Source: a virus (Duplodnaviria; Caudoviricetes). From it: 64,000 nt of DNA. Position numbers and translations under genes: made by a program. This document shows, one piece after another, positions 57,634 to 64,000 of the stretch. Every line of letters begins with the position of its first letter. Position 1 is the stretch's first letter. The DNA lies in the IMG/VR virus record IMGVR_UViG_3300037400_005963, positions 64,001-128,000 of that record. One strand, 5' to 3'. The notes beneath the pieces are model-generated. The model did no database searches. It saw only the letters and a program-made list of their open reading frames with translations, and was not told the origin of the DNA.

Positions 57634-58638
57634 TTATCTTACTACAACCGTTACGATTTGATGTCCAGTTGCTCCAAGACCTTCTGTAGATCCAATAGTT
57701 ATTCCGCGATTATACAAATAATCTGCAACAGCTTGAGCTCGTTCATTAGAGATTCTATCATTAGCTGCATCTGTACCGGGATAACTAGCTTCACCCTTAA
57801 TATCAACTACTACATTAGTTGGAATCTGATCCAATACGTTCATAGCTGCATTATCAAGGGTAGATTTGCCGTAATCAAATGCAACAACATATGTTTTGAT
57901 GGGTGCTTCGATCACACGATCCTTGTAAACAATCTTCTCTACTACTTGAGTAATAGTTTCAGGCTGTCTACTGCGGAGCTCATTTATCTGAGCATTTAGA
58001 AGATCTACTTCCTCTTGTGTATATTTATAGGGGCAAAGCTTAAACTCCTTGCCAAACTTATAACTAACACCAGCCATCAATCCATACCAAGCATTTCTAG
58101 AATCAAATCTTGGATAGGCGCCTGTTCTAGTACGAGTTAAGTTATAATTCAACTCTGGCACAATGTTAAGTTGGAATTTTGGAGTTAAATTAATATTAAA
58201 CTCAAGTTGCATCTTAGTAGATAGATCATTAGTTGGATGTTCTGAATAAAATCCATGTACCCAACCCGGTCCTACTGCTGCAACAACCTCGAACTTATCA
58301 GGGGTTCCTCGGAAACCATGAAATAGGTTGTTAAAATTTAACTTAGCTAAGGCGGAAACATTTACAAAGTTAACTACATGACCAGTCTGGAATGCACCAT
58401 ACTTTGATCCATTTTCCCAACCCATAGTACCATCAATTGCAACTCCAAAAGTAGGAGTAATCCAATGTGCATATTGCAATGAGGTTCCAGCTTGGATAGT
58501 GTGTCCCCAGTCTTCATAACCATTACAACCTGGGTGCATTAATGCAGTTACACCACCCTTAAGTGTTACTACTTCTTCTGCTCTTGCCATAGTAAACATG
58601 CTAACTAAGGCAATCAAACATAAAATAAACTTTTTCAT
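57634..58638 (-). CDS. OmpA-family outer-membrane protein (Bacteroidales type)
   Basis: Signal peptide, beta-barrel-like N-domain (GPGW, GVSYKFG), coiled linker, OmpA_C (FDYGKS...GEAS...N..IS.ERAQAVADYL). Confidence 0.85.
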   Translation of the reverse strand: MKKFILCLIALVSMFTMARAEEVVTLKGGVTALMHPGCNGYEDWGHTIQAGTSLQYAHWITPTFGVAIDGTMGWENGSKYGAFQTGHVVNFVNVSALAKLNFNNLFHGFRGTPDKFEVVAAVGPGWVHGFYSEHPTNDLSTKMQLEFNINLTPKFQLNIVPELNYNLTRTRTGAYPRFDSRNAWYGLMAGVSYKFGKEFKLCPYKYTQEEVDLLNAQINELRSRQPETITQVVEKIVYKDRVIEAPIKTYVVAFDYGKSTLDNAAMNVLDQIPTNVVVDIKGEASYPGTDAANDRISNERAQAVADYLYNRGITIGSTEGLGATGHQIVTVVVR

Positions 58639-58664
58639 TCTTTTAAATAAATTTTTTTAATTGT

Positions 58665-59414
58665 TTATAATAACTCTTCTATTAGGATATCAAGGTGTTT
58701 TCCACACCATTCTATTTCCTTCATGTATTTATCTATATATTGGGGTTTTAATTTTTCAGAATCTGTTAATATATAATCTTTATAAAACCTTTGTGGAATT
58801 TCTGATTTTAATGTAAAATAGAAACTACTATCTTTATTATCAGGATCATATATTTCCATACAGTTACATTCTACTGTATTATCACCCATAAATGTTTTCT
58901 TATTCATGACAAGGTTTCCGGACCATACGGGAGTTATTTTATCCAGATCCTTGTCATAAATTAGACATATACCGGAAAAAGTAGACTGAGGATTATCATA
59001 CTCAAAAGACTTGGTTTTCAAATTATATTTTGTTCCGTTTACTTTCCAGGTAATTGCATCTATATCCACTACCATATTTTCTCTAAGATATAGAAATATA
59101 TTACTTAGTCTTTTATTTTGTCTAATTAATTCTCCGATCGTTTCAAATTCGGGTCCCCATTCATCATCTTCAAATGTTAAAGGTGATAGGATTTTATATC
59201 TAGCTGCTCTATTAAATATAGACAATGAGGGATAAAGACTAGTTCCCGTGTGTCTTTGCAAACCCAGCAGACCAAGTAGATCTAATACATTCTTATCCAC
59301 TTTACTAGTGTCCGTTCCTAGTTCATTCAGATAATGTTTTACAAAAGAACTATCTCTATAAGCTCTCCTCATGATGGGAAGCGCAACTTTCTCAAATAGA
59401 TATTTTTTAATCAT
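58665..59414 (-). CDS. Phage protein, paralog of 33944..34726
   Basis: KILSPLTF, QNKRLS, DIDAITW, TFMG. Confidence 0.7.
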   Translation of the reverse strand: MIKKYLFEKVALPIMRRAYRDSSFVKHYLNELGTDTSKVDKNVLDLLGLLGLQRHTGTSLYPSLSIFNRAARYKILSPLTFEDDEWGPEFETIGELIRQNKRLSNIFLYLRENMVVDIDAITWKVNGTKYNLKTKSFEYDNPQSTFSGICLIYDKDLDKITPVWSGNLVMNKKTFMGDNTVECNCMEIYDPDNKDSSFYFTLKSEIPQRFYKDYILTDSEKLKPQYIDKYMKEIEWCGKHLDILIEELL

Positions 59415-59652
59415 TTGTTTCTTTTTCGTTTTCCTTAAATTCTTTTAAATCTCGTTTCACTACACTAAGTCCATTTTCAATCATCTCTAAATACTTATCA
59501 TATTCTTCTCCCTCTAGTTTGAAATCGGACTCGAGTTTTTCTTTAAGGAATTCAAGATTTTTGATATTCTCTTCACAAGAATTAATATCTATACATGTAT
59601 CAGAACTGATACAACCAGCTATTAATATATTCAATATGTTATTACTTTTCAT
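59407..59652 (-). CDS. Hypothetical protein (start moved to MKSNNI)
   Basis: ORF track. Confidence 0.55.
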   Translation of the reverse strand: MKSNNILNILIAGCISSDTCIDINSCEENIKNLEFLKEKLESDFKLEGEEYDKYLEMIENGLSVVKRDLKEFKENEKETND

Positions 59653-59674
59653 CAAATATAAGAAAAAAAGGGGG

Positions 59675-60244
59675 TTATACCCCCATTTTATATAGTTTTC
59701 CAGACCATTTTCCTTGTCCGAAGTCACGTCGATTGGGTGAAATGAGTATGTCTATTCGATTTCTCCATCTTTTGTTCATCGTATCATGAACATAATAGAT
59801 GCCGTTGATAGTTGGATCATCTGATACTACTTTAACCCTGTCTCCATATTTAACCCTTTTTGATTTTATTAGGTCCTGGGAAACTGCAATCCATCTAAGA
59901 TTGCCCGAATTTAGGGAGTTCAAATTAATTTTACTCCCATCGGCTGTGATCAATGGATCAGAGTCACATTGACCTACTACCGGCTGATATAATGTAATGC
60001 CTATATCAGCAATCAACTTTTCATTTTCTTTCTTAGTTACTTGTTGTTTAGGCATTTTGGTTTCTTGCCTCTCTTTGGTAACTGTTGTAGTAGAAGTTGA
60101 CTTTCCTACTCTAGTCTCCGTTGCCTTTATTTCTCCTACTGGAATAACAGTGGCAATGCTTTTTTCCTCTCTTGGTAAGAGGAACATATACATAAACATA
60201 ATTCCCCAGATTACCAAGAAAACTTTTTCAGGTTTCATTCTCAT
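59675..60244 (-). CDS. Membrane-anchored 3D-domain (MltA-like) peptidoglycan-active protein
   Basis: TLYQP...ITADG...IAVS.D...YGD.V...VHDTM...RIDIL; a promoter at 60323-60313 places the start at 60244. Confidence 0.8.
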   Translation of the reverse strand: MRMKPEKVFLVIWGIMFMYMFLLPREEKSIATVIPVGEIKATETRVGKSTSTTTVTKERQETKMPKQQVTKKENEKLIADIGITLYQPVVGQCDSDPLITADGSKINLNSLNSGNLRWIAVSQDLIKSKRVKYGDRVKVVSDDPTINGIYYVHDTMNKRWRNRIDILISPNRRDFGQGKWSGKLYKMGV

Positions 60245-60336
60245 TTTACTTGTTTTTTCTGTTTTTAAATTAAAAGAGACGGATTGTTTACCGTCTCTAC
60301 AGTTAATAATCTCAAATATAAGGGTTTCGTGGGATA

Positions 60337-61272
60337 TCATTCATAGATATATTTCCCGTCTAAGAGATTATAAATATCGATATAATCTATTCCAACAATT
60401 TTTGCAGCCCTTATATCACGATCTGATAATCCCCACCGTCCTGAGTGAACCCCTATGTATACAACTTCATCGGGATTACACACAATATTTCCCGGCTTAT
60501 TAGGATCTTCAAGAACACTACTTAGAATTCTATCCTTGGGTGTATGTTGCTGCATCTGTTTCAAAACATGACAATCACCTAATGGAATTCTAAGATAAGT
60601 TGTTATACTACATACTATATATTCTAGTGCTACTCTCGCTAAATATTTATCACCTAAGCCTGGCACTAATTCATTCGAGGGAAATATTATATATACTTTC
60701 TCTGGATTGAAGCTAGCTATTTTTTCCCAGACCTTAAAATTTGGTTTCAGGTCAAACATAGCTCTCGGCAACAATCCAGGTTTTCCATTCGAGTCATAAG
60801 ATTCTACTAAACAATCTAAAGCATCGCATACTACAATACGTTTTCTTTTATTATTGATAGTATAATCTATTTTTTGCTGACTCTGATAATTGTTTCCAGT
60901 ATTTCCACTTCCCCAGGGAGTACTTGGTTGATTATTACTCCCACTTCCACTACTTCCCCAACTTGACCAGGAAGGTGTAGATTGACTTTGCGATTTTTGC
61001 TGCTGTTCCCATGGGGCTAATCCGCTACTATTTCCGGAACCAAACCTAGAACCACTATTAAATGACGGTGTAAAAGGTGCATCCATTTTTATTGTTGTAC
61101 TTATATTTTCTTGATGTTGTTGATTATTTAATATTGCCTCAATTCTTGCATCCTCATCGGATTCATTAGTCTCTTCAATTTCCTCCAATGGATCATCATC
61201 TTCTGGATGTCCAGTATAATCTGGTGGAATCAAATTATCATTCTCTTCTTCAATCTTGTTCGTTCTTTCCAT
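60337..61272 (-). CDS. Disordered N-terminus + degenerate HAD (PNK 3'-phosphatase-like) domain
   Basis: VVCDALDCL and YIGVHSGR...SDRDIRAA..VGI.Y resemble HAD motifs I and IV. Confidence 0.55.
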   Translation of the reverse strand: MERTNKIEEENDNLIPPDYTGHPEDDDPLEEIEETNESDEDARIEAILNNQQHQENISTTIKMDAPFTPSFNSGSRFGSGNSSGLAPWEQQQKSQSQSTPSWSSWGSSGSGSNNQPSTPWGSGNTGNNYQSQQKIDYTINNKRKRIVVCDALDCLVESYDSNGKPGLLPRAMFDLKPNFKVWEKIASFNPEKVYIIFPSNELVPGLGDKYLARVALEYIVCSITTYLRIPLGDCHVLKQMQQHTPKDRILSSVLEDPNKPGNIVCNPDEVVYIGVHSGRWGLSDRDIRAAKIVGIDYIDIYNLLDGKYIYE

Positions 61273-61735
61273 TTAAATTTGTTTTTTGAAGTAAGTCATG
61301 AAGAATACATCCTGAATAATCTGATGTGCAATTTTTAAAATCATCTCTGTATCGATCACAGATATCACAACAGATTGTTCTGATTACATCTTTTATATCC
61401 ACATAATGTCTTTTGATTATTCTCTGAAAACCCTCAACATCTGCCATATTATCTTCAATCGTTCCCTTCTGAGGAACATATCCGATACTGCTAGTGTAAT
61501 AATCCTCTTGAGTATAATCATCTTTCACCCCAATACAGAAATCTTGAAATGTTTTATTCTCATCGTCTAAGAATTCTGGATGTGGAAGTTTACTACAGAC
61601 ATTTATTCCATATGGACATTCCTTATCACATACTAAAATTTCAACGTCTTCATCCGGTATAACGGGTCTAAACATAAATTCTTTTTCCCCATCCGAATTT
61701 TTCACAATAACTTTTTTATATTTTTTTAAACTCAT
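61250..61735 (-). CDS. Cys-rich hypothetical protein
   Basis: Two Cys clusters. Confidence 0.6.
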   Translation of the reverse strand: MSLKKYKKVIVKNSDGEKEFMFRPVIPDEDVEILVCDKECPYGINVCSKLPHPEFLDDENKTFQDFCIGVKDDYTQEDYYTSSIGYVPQKGTIEDNMADVEGFQRIIKRHYVDIKDVIRTICCDICDRYRDDFKNCTSDYSGCILHDLLQKTNLNGKNEQD

Positions 61736-61836
61736 AACTTTTATTTATTTTCTCTTATAAGGATTTATTGACCTTTTGATATTTCTTCAGATATAAGGAT
61801 AAAACCCTAATAAATAGAATATTAAAGATTTTTAAA

Positions 61837-62391
61837 ATGAAATATAAAGTTTTAGAAAAATTAAAGTCTATACCGTATAGTGATAATCAAGTAGATATGC
61901 TAGAGACTTTATTTGATATTGATCCAAGTCTTCATAAAAGATATGAAGATATTCTGCAGAAACTTTATCAAAGCTGGGTAGATTTCGGAAACGACTGGGA
62001 TAAGAAATATGATGCACTTATGGAGGAAATAAAAAACAGTCATTGGGAAAATACTAGAAATCAGCTATATGATGCATTAGACCATCAGTTTTCACGAGAT
62101 CCAAAAATAGTGACAGCAGAGTATCTAACTGGACTTAAAAATACTGGAGATCTATATTTATCCAGTAATATCACGCTGAGAAAAACTGATGAACCTAATA
62201 AGTACGTTTTAGATACCGAACTAAAATTTAGAGAAATAGTTTCGGATGATAATGGTGCTCTTATTGGAATCGATTTTCTCGGAATAATATTCATTACAAT
62301 TGGTTTTAAGTTTATGGGGAAATTTCTAGAAAAACTAGAAAAAATAGAAAATACTATTTACTTTAAGTTTATTGATGACGATGACAGATAA
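61837..62391 (+). CDS. Hypothetical protein
   Basis: Promoter 61806. Confidence 0.65.
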   Translation: MKYKVLEKLKSIPYSDNQVDMLETLFDIDPSLHKRYEDILQKLYQSWVDFGNDWDKKYDALMEEIKNSHWENTRNQLYDALDHQFSRDPKIVTAEYLTGLKNTGDLYLSSNITLRKTDEPNKYVLDTELKFREIVSDDNGALIGIDFLGIIFITIGFKFMGKFLEKLEKIENTIYFKFIDDDDR

Positions 62392-62941
62392 AAAAAATTA
62401 TAGTAAGTTGGGACAGAAGTTAGCTTATCTTCTAAGACATGATACTAATTATGAATTTCCTTCAGAGGGCTGGAGGGAATCGGACGACCTAATAAAGAAT
62501 CATGGTTTTACTTTAGAGGACCTTAAGGAAATAGTGAGAAATGATAATAAAGGTCGTTTCGAGTGGAAAGATGGAACCTATACCGGTATTCGTGCAATTC
62601 AAGGACATAGCATCAGTAAAATTAGAATAAAATATCCTCGAACTGATCCACCTGAAGTTTTATACCACGGCACTAAAGTATCTAATCTAGAAAGTATTTT
62701 TGCTGGTGGTATAAGCAGTATGGAAAGGTTATATGTTCATCTATCTGATAACCCCGAAACTGCATTTAAAGTGGCCAACAGAAAAAATAAAACCAGAAAA
62801 ATATCTGGACCTGGGATTGTTTTAGAAGTAGATGCAAAGAAGATGATTTCTGAAGGATATGCATTCTATCTAACTTCTAATGGAGTTTGGTTAACGAGAT
62901 TTGTACCGAGTAAATTTATAAAAATTTTAACAACAGAATAA
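62381..62941 (+). CDS. kptA: RNA 2'-phosphotransferase (Tpt1/KptA family)
   Basis: LLRH, KGRF, IRAIQGHS, LYHGT, R.YVHLS, NGVWL. Confidence 0.9.
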   Translation: MTDKKNYSKLGQKLAYLLRHDTNYEFPSEGWRESDDLIKNHGFTLEDLKEIVRNDNKGRFEWKDGTYTGIRAIQGHSISKIRIKYPRTDPPEVLYHGTKVSNLESIFAGGISSMERLYVHLSDNPETAFKVANRKNKTRKISGPGIVLEVDAKKMISEGYAFYLTSNGVWLTRFVPSKFIKILTTE

Positions 62942-62943
62942 TT

Positions 62944-63294
62944 ATGATACAATCGAAAGAATTAACGCTAGGCTGTACAATTTTAGTCGACGGAATAGAA
63001 TATCAAGTAAATTCCTTACCTTTACCTAAAGAAATTGAGGAGAAGGCAGAGGGAATACCTATAACGAGAGAACTTCTTCTTGAAATGGGTTACGAAGACA
63101 AGAAAAATGATGTCATTGAGGATGAACTTGAATTAGATCTCCCCAGTGGAAATTTTGCAACAGTCTTTAAATTCAAGGATGACGAAGATTGGGTACTCCA
63201 TTTAGATGATAAATTTAGGATGTCATTAGGTGGAAGAAGTTGGTTGAAGTATTATCATGAAATTCAAGCGCTCCTATCACTCCTAGATAAATAA
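62944..63294 (+). CDS. Paralog family B protein (divergent)
   Basis: EL.LG...GIPIT.ELL..MG...YHEIQ. Confidence 0.6.
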   Translation: MIQSKELTLGCTILVDGIEYQVNSLPLPKEIEEKAEGIPITRELLLEMGYEDKKNDVIEDELELDLPSGNFATVFKFKDDEDWVLHLDDKFRMSLGGRSWLKYYHEIQALLSLLDK

Positions 63295-63668
63295 TGGAAG
63301 AAAGAAAATTACTATCAGAATTCACCACAGAGGAATTAAGAAAGGAGTTAAGAAGGCGAAGAAAAAAGCCCACTTCAATTACCCCTAGGTGGTTAGAATG
63401 GAAAGGGGAGGTAATTAAAATTCACGAGTGGGGAAAATATAAACAATATACCTATACAGTGAAAACAGAAGATCCCCGAGTGCCAGACAAGGAGAAAACT
63501 CAAACCTATCCCATTAAACGAGGATGTATAAAAAAAGAATTCAGACCTAAAGTGGGAGATACCGTACTTCTTTCTCTAAGATATACAAAGAAAATGAAAG
63601 AGGGAAAACAGCCAATCTGGTGGGGACTTGGAAAAATTAAAGAAATAATAAAAAATAAGGAGGATTAA
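63294..63668 (+). CDS. Basic hypothetical protein
   Basis: TAATG coupling; terminator follows. Confidence 0.6.
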   Translation: MEERKLLSEFTTEELRKELRRRRKKPTSITPRWLEWKGEVIKIHEWGKYKQYTYTVKTEDPRVPDKEKTQTYPIKRGCIKKEFRPKVGDTVLLSLRYTKKMKEGKQPIWWGLGKIKEIIKNKED

Positions 63669-63731
63669 GTCCTCCTTTTTGTTCTGAAATATAAAAAAAT
63701 ATGGTTATTATCCCGAAAAATTCTTATACAT

Positions 63732-63911
63732 GAGCATGACTGAGTTTTTTGTTAATACTCTAGTGAAAGTTGTGGTACAATTTGCGAAAATTCATTCTCA
63801 TTCATAGTTGTAATAGATTTTTCATAATATAAAATTTGGTTAGGTTAATAATTGGTTTCTTTCTCAGTTAGTGGTTGTTAATGTTTTGTGTTGTTTTTCT
63901 CAGTCATGCTC
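63732..63911 (+). ncRNA. Clamped U-rich RNA with tandem anti-start-codon segments
   Basis: Promoter 63722-63732; perfect 13-bp ends GAGCATGACTGAG/CTCAGTCATGCTC starting at the predicted TSS; no ORF. Confidence 0.65.
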
Positions 63912-63923
63912 GATATTTAAAAC

Positions 63924-63965
63924 AAAATAAGGAGACTTTTTAGGTTCTCCTTATTTCTTTTTTTT
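63924..63965 (+). terminator. Intrinsic terminator
   Basis: AAATAAGGAGA/TCTCCTTATTT then a T-run. Confidence 0.75.
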
Positions 63966-64000
63966 ATTTTTCTATTAAGATGGGGAATAAGTTTCTACTG

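Noticed and set aside
2402-62294. Many short antisense or alternate-frame ORFs in the track (e.g. 3332, 7853, 18607, 44223, 59997)
   Set aside because: Fully overlap better-supported genes; typical shadow ORFs
1-64000. tRNA, tmRNA, rRNA or CRISPR array
   Set aside because: No cloverleaf with a T-loop, no tmRNA ends and no regularly spaced repeat-spacer array seen by eye; a tRNAscan run would be needed to be certain
1-64000. Stop-codon recoding (TAG=Gln as in some gut phages)
   Set aside because: Long genes are uninterrupted in the standard code, and TAG ends genes directly before terminators (e.g. 16944)

Overview
An AT-rich segment of a large tailed dsDNA phage, read in the standard code. 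The host is most likely Bacteroidales (Prevotella-like), inferred from A-rich Shine-Dalgarno-less translation starts, a Bacteroidales-type OmpA and a DUF3943-like protein. Region 1-14.6 kb (minus strand) is a head-morphogenesis operon: large terminase, portal, T4 gp21-like prohead protease and an acidic scaffold-like ORF. It is interleaved with about 10 small basic proteins sharing an N-terminal M-I-(I/V)-(L/K)-R-x-K-x-F tag, a candidate capsid-targeting/protease-cleavage signal. Region 15-46 kb (mostly plus strand) consists of promoter-gene-terminator cassettes driven by a phage-specific (C/T)CT(T/A)AT-N3-Y-R promoter (about 29 copies in the window). These include a T5orf172-ParB fusion, an SF2 helicase behind a symmetric cruciform (candidate origin), paralog arrays, Hsp20 and an IMPDH/GMPR homolog lacking its catalytic Cys. 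Region 46-64 kb carries RNase HI, DUF488, a MoxR AAA+/VWA-peptidase pair, OmpA, a 3D-domain protein, a degenerate HAD and Tpt1/KptA. The most unusual signal is a non-coding RNA layer. (i) Four stand-alone ~75-nt transcription units each have a variable ~30-nt 5' segment that is the reverse complement of a Bacteroidetes-style start-codon region, followed by a conserved G(A/G)GAN-pentaloop hairpin. (ii) A 180-nt clamped RNA displays several such anti-start segments in tandem. (iii) Two ~140-nt structured RNAs lie on the minus strand. (iv) A ~1-kb pseudoknot-rich transcript encloses a 58-aa membrane ORF. All family assignments are from motif recognition by eye, not database searches.
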